Shown here: positions 51,692 through 64,000 of the stretch, piece after piece | How the letters are laid out: every line of letters starts with the position of its first letter | How positions within the stretch are numbered: position 1 is the first letter of the stretch | NCBI GenBank assembly: GCA_050230475.1 | Contig: JBFLGF010000001.1 | Span: forward strand, 62,001-126,000 | DNA from: Ancylonema sp. | Taxonomy: Eukaryota | DNA length: 64,000 nucleotides | Direction of reading: 5' to 3' | Program-made: the position numbers and the translations under genes | The notes under the pieces: generated by a model | Database searches by the model: none | Seen by the model: the letters and a program-made list of their open reading frames with translations, nothing else | What the model was told of the DNA's origin: nothing

Positions 51692-52218
51692 GGCGAGGGC
51701 TTCGACACGTGGTAACGTGACGAGAAAGAACTCGACTAACTGGGATTGTGCCCTTACAGGTAGGGAAGGGAAGGGAAGGGTGCAGGGAAGGGAAGCGACG
51801 CGTCACCAGCGCTTTGCAGTAGTGCCAGGTGTCGAAATTACAGGCCAAAGGAACTCGAGGGGTCTTCAGTACATCGAAGTCAAGGATTTTCCAGATTTCA
51901 TTGCCGGTATACAGGAATTCTCGTTTGCTGCAAACTTCTTGCACGGAAAACGACGAGAAATCATATGACGGAAGCTGGAATCTGAAATGCTGGTATTGTT
52001 ACAAATCAGTTACTGCGGTATTTCGTCTTTCGGGAAGACGGCCGAAATTGGATGCGGATCGGGGTCGGGATCGTCGTTCACACGGGTAATTGAACGAGGT
52101 TCTGTACAACGACAATTGTGGGACAAAACACCCATCCCATGTGGCCAACATCCCGGCTCTCATCCTTGCCCACCGCGAATTCTACACGTGGCATGACCAC
52201 GGCCACGTGTCTGCAACC

Positions 52219-55171
52219 ATGTCTGCTTCTCTGGTCTCCTCGCACGGTCTCCCATTTCGCCTCACATCACGTGTACAGCGCAAGTCCAAGCAGAGCTTAA
52301 GTCTGAGTGAAAAGAGCTGGAGGTCAGAGAGGCACCCACCGCAGGTCGCCACATTCAAACTGCAGAAGCTGATACAGTCACGATGGAATGTTGTACAAGT
52401 ACCGCAACAGGCGCCTCAGGAAGTGCAGCAGCATGCGACCGATGAGTTGGCAGAGACTGGTGGTTCCAACGACCCCCCTGGGCCCCCTTCTCAGGAGGGG
52501 GGGAGTTTTTTGACCCCGCGCCTCCGACTTATGCTGACTACGAGCCTCGCGTTCGTTATTTGTAACATGGATAAAGTGGTACGAAATCAAATACAATTCA
52601 GGCGCCTTTGAGACGCGAGATGAAGCTCATATGAATCCGGCTGCGGTCATCTATGCTGACGTGATCTGCTTCTTCGTCGCAGATCATTTCGGTGGCTGTG
52701 ATTCCGATGAGTCAGCAGTACGGATGGGCTGCCACCACTTCCGGTCTCGTCCAGTCTTCCTTTTTCTGGGGCTACACCCTCTCCCAACTGCCAGGGGGTG
52801 CCATGGCCCAAATGTGGGGCGGCCAGCGCGTGCTTCAGGCGGGGGTGGCCGTCTGGTCGATCGCAACCGCAGCTGTGCCGTTGGTGGCAGGGGGGGTGCC
52901 CGCGCTGCTCCTCGCACGATTCCTGGTCAGCCTCCCAGGGCCTCCAGGGCCAATCAGGAACATTTCCGTGGCCTCGATCTTCAAGGAATCCTGACGGTTG
53001 GGAGGGTGGGGTTGGGTCGAGCAGGTGGGTCTGGGGGAAGGTGTGAGCCCACCTGCAGCCACGGACATCATCGCACGGTAGAGAAACAGGGGGAAGGTGG
53101 TGAGGAGAGGCTGAATCCAGTGGTATTCAGAGATCCCCCCCCCCCTCTCTATCCCCCCCCCCCCCTGCAGGGCTGTGCCAGCCACAGAGAGGGCTCGAGC
53201 GGTTACCCTCGTGTTCGGGGGTGAGCTGCCACTTGGCAGATTCTTGCTGGCCGGGTATGGGGAGTGGTTAACCGTAGTCTGACCTGGTGTCGGTTCCAGG
53301 TTTGAATGGTGGCACCGTGATTGGCCTTCTCACGGCCCCAGTGCTCATTGAGTGGTTAGGATGGGAGGCCGTGTTTTACATTTTCGGAGCTCTCGGTCTC
53401 GTCTGGTGTGCGTTTCTTCAAGCTCCCCCCGCCCTCCTCCACCCCCCCCCGCCCTCCCCATCCCTTGAAGAAGCCGTTCCTTCCCAACCAGTACGTGCGA
53501 CACCAAAAAACTGCCCACATTCTCGATGCAAATTTAATTATAAAAAAAAAAAAAAAAAAAAAACACAAAGAAACAAAAAAAAAAAAAAAAAAAAAGTTCA
53601 ATAAAACAAAGACAAGTCTCCTGACTCAACTTCCCCTTCCCCCCCCCCCTCCCTAGGTCCCCTGGCGTCGTTTTGTGTCCACCCGCATGGTATGGGTGAT
53701 GATGTTTGCGCACTTTTCCAACAACTGGGGCCACTTCTGCCTCCTTGCCTGGCTGCCCTCCTACTTCAGCGAGGAGCTCCACGTGGATCTGACGCATGCC
53801 GCCCTCGTGGCACTCATACCACCACTGGCGTCTGTTGTAATCTCCTCCTTGGTGGCGGCACCCATGGCGGACGGAATGATCAGTCGGGGAGTGCCAGTCA
53901 CACGTGTAACCACTGCTAACCCTCTTGGGACGCCGGTTGGAAACGCGATTGTTCTCTGATGTTGACCTTCTTGTTTTTTTTTTTTTTTTTCTCCTCTTGC
54001 CTATTTTGTTTGAGGGTGTTTCAGGTGCGGAAACTCGCGCAGGCAGTTGCAGTCCTCTCTCCCGCAACCGCTATGGTGGGTTAAGGATTTTTGAATCATG
54101 AATTATAAGTTATGAATTATGAATTATGAATTATGAATCATGAATCATGAAATCTTGAATCATGAATCGATGCTCAGAGGCAGCAGCGGATAAAGGTGCT
54201 AAAGGTCGGAGGAGGTTGGGGAGGGTGTGCCAGGCGATTGTTTCCGTTTGGACGGGTCTCTCCCCTGTGGCGGTTACTGTATTGTTATGTGGGGGACTCG
54301 GGCTCTCCAGTTTTGCGTTCTCAGGTGGGGACCGCTTGCTAAATCGAAGACAACAATCTTGGTTCAAAGAAATTGTGAATGGTGGAAGAAGCAAGATGAT
54401 AGACGACTGTTTTTTAATCGTTCATCTGCATTGAATGCTCATAATGGAGATCAAACAAGTCAACAGGATAGCAGAGAAGTATACATATCAATATATTTAT
54501 TATTAACATTCCATATTACATATTGTACGTATCAAACTAAAAGCATAGGTAAGTAGATTTACAACCTCCATTCTTAAAAGTTGCATGCATCTGCTCTTTT
54601 ATCTGTCAGGTTACTACAGCACCCATGCGGACTTGAGTCCCAAGTATGCAGCCCCTCTGTTAGGGTTAACTTCCACCGCAGGAGCACTTCCTGGCGCAGT
54701 TGGTGTGCCTCTAACGGGGGTGCTGCTGGACATAACGGACTCGTGGACGGTAGGGGAGGGGCTTTGTGGGCCATAAGCTGTTTCTTATTCCTATGATTGT
54801 ATCTCCTAGTACATGCTTCGTGTCGCTTGGTGCCATTTCATTGAACCGCTTTCTTCTCAGCGGGTGCTAAGGTTATGGTGGCTCGTATGTTATAGTTCGA
54901 CTCGCATGTGTCTCACCTCGTAATGACAACGTGATTGCATCTTGATTTCGTCATTGTGGATTGTCATCGTTGGTGTATCATCAACACGTCACTTCACGTT
55001 TGAAAGTGGAGTTTGATGTGAGGGAGTCTTGTTGTGGCGGGTGGTTGTTTTCAGTGGGCACTGTTTGTGCCGTCGATTTTTTTCTATGTGGTGGGATTGG
55101 CGGTGTGGATAGCGGGGGCAAATTGTGAGCCCATCGATTTTGATGCCTCCCCGGATAAGAAAAGAGAATAG
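52219..55171 (+). CDS. PHT4;5: PHT4/SLC17 anion (phosphate) transporter, PHT4;5/ANTR6-like, likely plastid, 10 exons
   Basis: Exons ~52219-52578, 52683-52925, 53025-53077, 53171-53220, 53300-53490, 53657-53906, 54025-54075, 54234-54324, 54610-54749, 55055-55171; TTSLAFVICNMDKV, GLVQSSFFWGY, VGLGEGVSP, LAWLPSYFSEEL, THADLSPKYA. Confidence 0.9.
54095..54168. repeat. 7-bp (atgaatt/atgaatc)n intronic repeat
   Basis: Directly visible. Confidence 0.8.
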
Positions 55172-58100
55172 TGTGGATTTGAAGTCGTACGTTTTTGGGG
55201 GGCGTTGACACGTGGTAGTCACATCATCGCATGATTTTCCGGTTTAGCCCACTCGAAACGCCACTACAATTTTGTTTTTGGGAACAGTAGTTATGATCGA
55301 GTGTGATATCGTTTGTGCAATAGGACGTTTTTGTTAGCAGATGTGTTAGCCGAGGATGAGTCCGTCCATGTCATATATTAGGGATTATGGATAAGGGATT
55401 TGAACAGAGGATTGGGCGCTATGACTTGCCAATGGGCGTACGTGTTCCCACCACCCTTCGTCACGAAGTATGCATACGCAACTCGTAAAGGGTTGTGGAC
55501 AACGTGAGAGGCATTCTTGGGATTTTTATTTGTTAATTCGAAAGAAAAGTTGTAGGGCATCCATATGAGCCAAACGAGGCACATTGCGAGGGAGATAATA
55601 TTTTTTCCTAGAACAAACATATCCTTATGTCGAAAGTAAACTTTGGGAGGTGAGGTGTACCACACGCAAAGTGAAGGCACGCTAAAAAGCGCTTACCATT
55701 GAACATGTATTTCGCAAGCCCGTTAGTGCTTATTTGGAGTGAGTGAACATGCTTGATTGGCAGCCACCACATCTCGAAATGAATTGGACAAAAGATGTAG
55801 AGATAAGCTGATTGCATCACGACACATCGGGTCACATGTTCACATGGAAATTTACAGGTGCTTGAGTCTTTTAGACCGTTTCCGAACCGGACCCTGGATG
55901 GAACCGGCTCCCCTCATAGTGGACTAGAGTTTAGAATTACAAGAACCATTGTATCTGTCTTGGGACAACCGGCGGTTTTACGGCACAATAGGAGCATACG
56001 AACTATTTTTCCCCCATCGCATTTAACCATCAAACATTGTCTCACGAACCCCTAACCATGGTGTGAGTAACCGATTCGCATTATAACTTGAGTGCCTAAA
56101 ACGTTATGCTTGAAGTGTGTCTGTTGCAGCATAAGCATTATGTCTTAAGTCTCGACTTCGGAGCCGGGTACAACACTACAAGGGCATCTCATCGTGTTGC
56201 ATAGGCACATGTCCGGCAACACCTGGCGTGTAACCCGTTGCTAGTCGTTGATATAGACTTTAGGTTAGGTGCATGTTGTCAGAATGCATCTAGGGTGGTG
56301 TCGCACTATGATTGGTTAGGATCTAGTGCGATGGTTCACTCCGGCATCAAGCCGACGATTTTTATGTGTTGTAGCAATATGGTTTGACGACGGTCGGCTT
56401 TTCTCACGGTCGGCCATAAGAAAAGTGACATGTCAAAAGATTTCCGTTGTGCGTTTGCCGGGGTATGCTACACCCGGAAATGTCACCTTCCAACTAATGT
56501 TCTAGCATACAATTTAGTACGCGAGTGGTCCACAACGAGACCTGCAGATCGTGACGACTGCAAAGCCCTTTATTCCATATCAGATATGTACGAGCATTAG
56601 TCGTAAAAAATTAGTAAGTTATAGACCCACATACGTTTTAGGGAATCATACAAGTTACACGCGAATGCTGCGCTATATATCGAAATGAAAATGCGAACGG
56701 AAAAATATGAGTGTACACGTAATTGTTACGTGATGTCGTTCGTTTATTGTGATTTCATTTTCTTGAGTTGTGGGAATTGCGTGTTGTTTGGGTGCTTGCC
56801 ATCATTGTGGTGAGAATCAACGTTGCATAAAACAATGTCGGACTAGAGCAATATCCCCCAATTTATCGATGCTTCTTACAGAAGTTAGGAATTCAAATGC
56901 CCGTTTGGATCGGTGGAAAAGAATTTTCATCGAATCATAATGTCATTCGATGGGAGGGCAAAACAACCTCGGCCTACACCCATGGGACACTAGACACACA
57001 AAGAAGTCGATGCCTTCTGTGGCAGAGATGCTAGAGTTGATGTTGTCATAAATCGTGAGTTTAAGATCGGTGCCACGTTATTAGAAATTGCTAGTTCGGA
57101 TGTACTTGATATAACGGCCACATTTTTTGCAGCGTTATCTCTCATAGCAAGAACGGCAAGCAACAAAACACAACGCAACTCTCACAACTCACTCATTTGA
57201 AATTCACAAATTACGCGCACACGAAATAACTTTCCGGAGCTTCGTACATAAGCCTTTACCAATTGGCATAATATACCGTTTGCCTTTCGATCTATGGCGC
57301 AGCAATCGCGTGAAACTTGTAGGATTTGGAAAAACACAACGTCTGTTCTTAGATGGTATGTGGACTCATAACATGACGATTTTTCACCAGTAATGCTCGT
57401 AGAGACTCTCATATGGTATGATGGGCTTTGCACTTTTCCTCACAATGGGCATGTCTCGTTGTGGAGGAATTAGACACGAAACCGCTTGTTGGATACCTAG
57501 TTTAAAATTGTTATCGCCGGGAGTAACAAACCTCGGTGATCGTACACCAGATATTCAGATATGAGTGTCGTATATTATCTGACACGTCACTTTCTAAGTA
57601 GCCGACGTTCAGATCTGCCGACCGTCGTTCAGTATAAATGTTCCAACATCTAATATTCATCGGCTTGATGTCGGACCGAATCAACACATCATAGTGCGGC
57701 ACCATCCTAAATACATTATGACACCCTCACCTAACCTCAACGTCAATATCAACGATCAGAAGCTAAATACACGCATGGTGTTGTGCACGTGGCTATACAC
57801 AGTTGGCGGATGCCCAGGTAGTGTCGTACTCGACCCCGTATCTAGACTTAGGACATAAATGTTTGTGATACATTCAGAAAATATCAAAGCACAATGGACC
57901 AGGCTTCAAGGTATGGTACCCATCCGAATCGATTCCCGGAAAAACTATGGGCGTCACGACTATTGGGTCTCCTTCAATCTCCCAAGCTGACCCAAATCGC
58001 ACCGTAACATGGCTCTTACATCCCCCAACCGCCTCCCGAACGAGGCCGAGGAATGGGACCGGGGGATGGGGGGGTGAGGGGGGTTTTAAACGCATTGTTG

Positions 58101-59024
58101 CACGAACCCTCAGTAGTTTCGAACGGTATGTAAGAAGGAACTATTTCTCCCCATCGTAGCCTATTGTTCGGAACGAGATGATATAATAACATATTCAAGG
58201 TGTATGACCTTTTGTAGAGGTTATACACCTCTTAAAAAGTATACACTAAAGGTTTTCCCTGCATAGCATGACATGATAAGTCCGCCAAGATTATCGTAGA
58301 AACGATATTCAGTGATAATTATTCATTGATAACAAAATATAATATGTACTTACACATGGAATATCTTATTGTGTGCTGGTCAATTTCTCCATACCATCAC
58401 GAAAAACACATAGCGCACCCGGAAATAATTATTGAAAGGGTGGGTCGGGTAAAATTAAATGATTCATTATTTGGGGTCGGCCATAAATTCCGTAATCCGG
58501 CGTAGTGGGTCAACATTATAAAATAGATTTTATTCGATATTTTGCTCACAATATACATGTGGTTGGATTCGGTCGCCCAAGCTTCAATCGTGGTCTGGTA
58601 GCGGCCTCATCGATTGTCATTGGTTTTCTTTTCACAAATCTAGGGGGCGGAATAGAAATGTTGGGGAATTATTAAGGTGTACATTTTTCTTATATTTTTG
58701 CACCATGCCCTTGCCAACATGATGAACAACATGAGTTTCTAGCTTTTTTGAACCACGATACACCTTTCAAAATCTCGAAAGGTATGGGAAAATCGAAAAA
58801 GCGAAAGCATGCGGATATCTCCATACACTCACTCACTACTCACTTCTCACTGCGCACTACTCATACTCTATCAATATCTACTGTTCACTACTCTTCCACT
58901 TCATCCTTCTCATCCTCGTCGTCCTCGTCGCCCTCTCCCCCCTCTGAATCCATCAACCGGACGTGTAAATCGTGCCCCCCGCCCTTCTTCCCCCCCCCTC
59001 CATCTCCTCCTCATCCACCGTGAC

Positions 59025-59574
59025 TAGGGTTGTGAAAATACTATAATTGGGATTCTGCCCCCGTCATTACCGACCAAATTACGTGATTACGCGTAAACCG
59101 CGTAATTCGTAATTTGGGAAGCATCACTTTACGCCCGGCCAATTTAGACACGAATTTTCGGCGAAATGTCAATATCAAGCCGGGATTTTGAATTCCACAC
59201 GTGTGGATATAAATAAACACGTACGGACTCGTCCGTTTTCCGTGATCGCACGTCTTTACTCACAAGTACTTTCGTACATTGAAACCATAAAATGTACGGA
59301 AAAGTACATTTATTTTTTTCCGTACATGTATTTGTACAACATACGCTCGATGTACGAAATTAAATATTGTAATGTGTAGGGCTATGTACGGTATGTGTAC
59401 GACTACACTTACATTACGCTTTTGGCCCGGGTAACGGAAATTCCGGGGCCGTCATGACCAAAAGTAGTGAATCGCGGTAATTCGGAAGCTTACCGAGGGT
59501 CTGCGTAATGACGCGTCAAAATGACGCGTAATTTACCGTCAAACGTAACCGTCACGGTAACGCTCACAACCCTA
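59025..59574. mobile_element. hAT-type MITE
   Basis: TIR tagggttgtga / tcacaacccta; perfect 8-bp TSD accgtgac (59017-59024, 59575-59582). Confidence 0.88.
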
Positions 59575-59929
59575 ACCGTGACCTCGTCCACCCTCTCCTT
59601 CCCTTTGCGTTTCTTGGCTTCCTTCTCCTCCTCCTTTCGATGGATTTCGATTCGGAGCAGCTAATTTCCTAGTATCATACTCCAACTTATTGTTGGCATC
59701 TGATTTTTTTCCCCCACGTATTACAACTTTTAAAGCATTCGCCTTCATCTTTTCGGGATCTCTCGTCATACATTTGTCTAGCAGACTTCCTTCCATGACT
59801 ATTAGCGACAAAGTCGAACAATATAGCTATGGACTCACATCCTAAGTTCAGGTATGACAATCTCTTGCAGTTTGCACGGCCGCAGTATAGAGCCGAAAAC
59901 GCACCGCACCGAGATAAGGCCTTTGAACG

Positions 59930-60405
59930 AAATTGAACGGATGAACGGCGAAGAAATGTGAGATAAAGGAAAATGAATGGATTTTCGAGTGTAAAGTGAA
60001 CGGATGAAACGCGAAGAGTTTGAGATAAAGGAAAGTGAACGGATTATTAGTGTGAAGTGAACGGATGAACAACGATAAGGTTTTTTTGACAAAAGTGAAC
60101 GGATGGAGGGCGAATAAATTTGAAATAAAGGAAGGTGAACGGATTTTTGGGTGAAAAGTGAACGGGTGAACGGCGAATAAATTTGAGATAAAGGAAAGTA
60201 AGCGGAATTCAGAGTGTAAAGCGAATGGATGAAGGGCGAATAAAATTTAGATAAAGAAAAGTGAACGGATTTTTCAGTGTAAAGTGAACGGATGAACGGC
60301 AAACACATGTGCATAAAGGATAGTGAACGGATTCTCTAGTGTAAAGTGAATGGATGAACGGCGAAAAAAAAACTGAGATTAAGGAAAGTGAACGAATTTC
60401 TGGTG
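59930..60405. repeat. ~60-bp minisatellite built from two aaagtgaacggat subunits
   Basis: About 8 units of aaagtgaacggatgaacggcgaataaatttgagataaaggaaagtgaacggatttt. Confidence 0.85.
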
Positions 60406-61258
60406 TAATGCGAAAAAACATCTGGAAAAATGAGACAAAAAATGACGGCCGACAGTTACCATCCTAGGGTTACAGTACCATAATAGGGGCGGTATAGGTG
60501 CAGTGAAATTTGTGCGTTGTTTTGGAGTGGGTCATTTTGCTTGCCGGGTCACGGTATAATATATATTTTTAACCCGGGTCACCGGATAGTAATATATGTT
60601 GCCCGGGTCAAGTTTGGGGGTCACCACAAAAATCAATCGTATTTTTTTTACCCGGGTCATTATATATGGCCACTACGGTATGCGGTCAAGCTTTGATATC
60701 CAGCCTCTTAGGCTGGACATTGTGGACATAGTCGTGAGTCACAATCGCATCATGACCGACCCTTACTCATTGGTTGATTGCGATGCAAGCAATCGGATCG
60801 ACACACGCGAAATCTAACCAATATTTAAAAACAACAAACCACGAATGTTCTCAATATATAGACCTACCTAGGGTTTTGTTGAGTTTGCTGAAATAGGGCC
60901 AATGCTTGGAATGATTTTATCATCATGGACGAATTTTGAAATATCGACCAAGCTTTGGATCATTCAATGCGACAGTCATCTTGGCTTGGGCAAAATTTTA
61001 ATCATGCGTAATGTATTTATCTTCATGCGAGCTTGTCTTGTGTGGCAACAAACTAATGACGTGTAACGAACAAATAAGTCGTGAAGTAGTTTATTTGACC
61101 ATTTTGTGCATGGGAAACCGTGACAAACCCTGACAATACACAGAGTGCAAATAACAATAGTAAATCACTAGCTGAAATTCCGCACGTCCGGAAAGTTTTA
61201 CTTGCGCCAGATCTGAACCTGGTCCTCATCATCACCATCCGTAATCCCTAGTCCAACT

Positions 61259-63950
61259 CTAGAACCCAGCACCTGTGTACCGTGTTCCAGTCGTCTCTCC
61301 TGCACGCCAAAGTAGATGGTCATGAGCAACACGCGGTCAAGATTTCTGAAAACTCTTTGTCAAGGTAGAAGGAGCGCAACGGCATCGACAACCGATTGCA
61401 AAACATATCAGTGCCTCGAATGATGTTTGTTGATTGTTTTTTGTGTTGCACCACAACAATTCATGCATAAATGAGAGTGACACACACACACACACACACA
61501 TCAAGATAAGAAAGCGCAAGGGGAGAAATTACAAGAGAAAACAAATGGGGGGGGAACGAGAGCAAATTGTATCAAAAGAAGGGGTGGGAAACAGATAATA
61601 AAATAATAAATTAAAAAAAAAAAAAAAAAAAAAAAAGAGCATAAAAAGGAGTGGGCAAATGATGAGAGATCAATGAAGAAAAAAAATGGTTTTCCGTAAG
61701 TACCATATTGAGGTCCCCCCGCCCGGTATGCAAAGAGGTGCTCGATGGCCACACCATTCAGCGGCTGCGGTGTCAACCCAAGGTCGCTAAATTGAAGGGC
61801 TGCCACACAACCAACAAAGGTCACCCACGAACAAATCCATTGGCAGAAAAAGAGTGGCAAGACGGCAGAAAAAGTGGCATGATGACAAAATGAGTGGCAA
61901 AACGGAAGAAAAGCCAGACGCTGCACCCCCACAAGCCACACCCACGATGGAGTACCTTTCGGGTCGACCACATGGTCAAACGCCAGCGATTTCACATAGT
62001 CTGCCGTGAACATAGTGGGACTCGGAATGGGGAAGGGGACGCGTTTCAGCAGCAGCTCCCGTGGAGCCGTGAGGAGTTGCGCCACGGGCAGAGGGACGGA
62101 GAGGATATGTGGCACCTCGCGGATGGTCTCAAACATGAGAAGAGCCTGGAAGAGGAGGTGGGGGGGCGGGGGGGTTCAGGGGAGGGTGGGGGGGGTGGGG
62201 TTAGGGGGAGGGACAGGTGCTCGGCGGGCAGTGGGTGTTTTACCAGTTCCCTCATTGACATGATGTCAGGACCCCCTAGTTCGTAGGTGAGGCCACAGCT
62301 GCGACCGTCGTCTAACGCGGCAGCCATCACTGCAGACGCAACGTCAGACACGTGGACGGGCTGGAGCCTGCCAGGTGGCAAGCAGCAAAGAGCGGATCAG
62401 GTGACAAGAACGGAGGGGATGCTTACAGGGACGTGGGGAGGGGACGAGGAGTAAGGATCACTTACAGCGCGGATCCTCCATTGATGAGAGGCACTGCCGC
62501 GATTTTCTTAGCCACAATGGCCCACGAGTTGAGGAGGCGGTCTTCCGTCCCCACCAACTCTGCGCTGCGCAGAATGGTGGCCTGAACCCCAAACCCGACG
62601 ACCCCAGGAGTGAGTGACGGGACAGCTGTCACCCTGCCAACCCCATCTCCATCTGGTCCACCCGTACCTGGGGGAAGGCTTTAAGGGTGGCCGCCTCGCC
62701 AGCTGCCTTGGTGCGGTGCTGCTTGGAGGGGGCGGTGGGGGAGGCGCCTAGGCAGGAGAGGTGGATGAGTCGTGCAATGTCTCCGTGGGCGGAAGCAGCC
62801 TTGGCAATGCGCTCGGCGGCGCTCACGTTGATGTCCTCGAAACTGAAATTGCGAGTCTCGAAATCCCGACCTGCATGCAGACGGAGCCCAGCTCTTTTTG
62901 GTCACTGCTTTTTTATCCGGCCATGCGATTTGTGAGACAGAGCAGAGGGGTCATACCGAGGAGGTTGATGACTACGTTTGATTTCGCCATTGCTTTGGCG
63001 ATGGACTCCTCGTCTCTGATGTCAAACCGCATAGAAACAACCTGTGAGGGAAAGAGGAGTGTCTGACGTCAGGATCGACTTCAGCTACCAGTCTGCCTCG
63101 TCATCATCCGCTGGCAGAGCCTCTGTTGGGAAGCTAAGCCCAAACGAAGCCCTTCTTCAGCCCGCTGGAATGGCAAGTCGTTGCCTCGAACACAAAAAAT
63201 AACAATAAACTAGACCTTTCGAATGGGTGTGACTGGTCCATATAATACTATGCTGATTGATAGGAACTGGTGCTGACCTGGCCAAGGTCCCCCATGAGTT
63301 TGAGGTGGCGCTGGTCATCCTCCAGACAGCGATAAGGCACAATCACTTGAGACCCGGAACGAGCTGAAACAGCGACGAGAGTGCTGTCAGAAGACGGACA
63401 CGGCAGACTGGCATCTTCATGTCTCTTACCGAGGAGCTGTACCACGTAGCGCCCAAGAAAGCCAGTCGCTCCAAAGACTGTGGCAGTGACACCACTGTCC
63501 ACATCCCCCGGGGACACCACCATTTCTCAATATTCGGATACAGACCGTGACACGTGCCAGTGCTATATTTTGTGAAGTCTTGCAATCATTCTCAGCAGCA
63601 GAGCGAGCACCTGATAGAAGATCGGCCACCGGGCCCCTTTGCAGTAACACTGCCACGGACTGCTAGTGACGAAACACTTCGTTGCCCTGTAACGAGGAAA
63701 TTGACAGCCTACTATGAAATCGTTGAAGAATAAACACGAGGTTGTGGATTAGAGAAGCGGCCGTTCCCCTTGATGAAGACATGCATAGCGATCTTTCTAC
63801 GAGCTACTTGACGACGTAAGTGCAACTGCTTTCGATGTATTCTACCCATTCTACCCATCAACGGATTTTTCTGCACTCACGCTCATCAGTATTGTTGCTG
63901 CCTCCTGCTGCACTGACTAAAGGCGAGAAAATGCTCACCACTAACGTCAT
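61259..63950 (-). CDS. NDUFA9: NADH dehydrogenase (complex I) 39 kDa subunit; first exons tentative
   Basis: Spliced peptides [88 protein letters not shown]; stop at 61259-61261. Confidence 0.92.
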
Positions 63951-64000
63951 TGTCTGGCAAAAATAGACCACAGCCTCGTCTTAGACTCTGCTGCACTGCT

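Noticed and set aside
51173..51968. Long + strand ORFs overlapping PECT1
   Set aside because: Antisense shadows of GC-rich PECT1 exons with no recognisable domain
59930..60405. Possible CRISPR-like array
   Set aside because: Inter-repeat segments are themselves repeated rather than unique spacers; eukaryotic context, no cas genes

Overview
Eukaryotic, intron-rich plant-type DNA; the gene set suggests a streptophyte alga (inference). Six spliced host genes are supported: a DsbA/FrnE-type CPWC oxidoreductase (+), ALDH12A1/P5C dehydrogenase (+), a PHIP1-like 2xRRM+CCHC protein (-) associated with box C/D snoRNAs, PECT1 (-), a PHT4;5-type anion transporter (+) and complex I subunit NDUFA9 (-). 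A ~30 kb nested transposon pile lies between 18.6 and 48.6 kb: a hAT shell with 8-bp TSD, a CRE-like LINE fragment, two Copia copies in inverted orientation, and three related families of an unusual Ty3/Gypsy element. These Gypsy elements are the main find. (i) Their termini look circularly permuted (B-internal-PPT-A-B-A): the unit bounded by PPT and PBS is A-B, but the unit with TG..CA-type ends and 4-bp TSDs is B-A. (ii) The primer-binding site is complementary to the element's own LTR (Tf1-like self-priming). (iii) They carry a decayed but complete Dnmt3-like cytosine methyltransferase domain plus a second methyltransferase-like half-domain with no catalytic motif. All alignments and exon boundaries were read by eye and may be off by a few bases.
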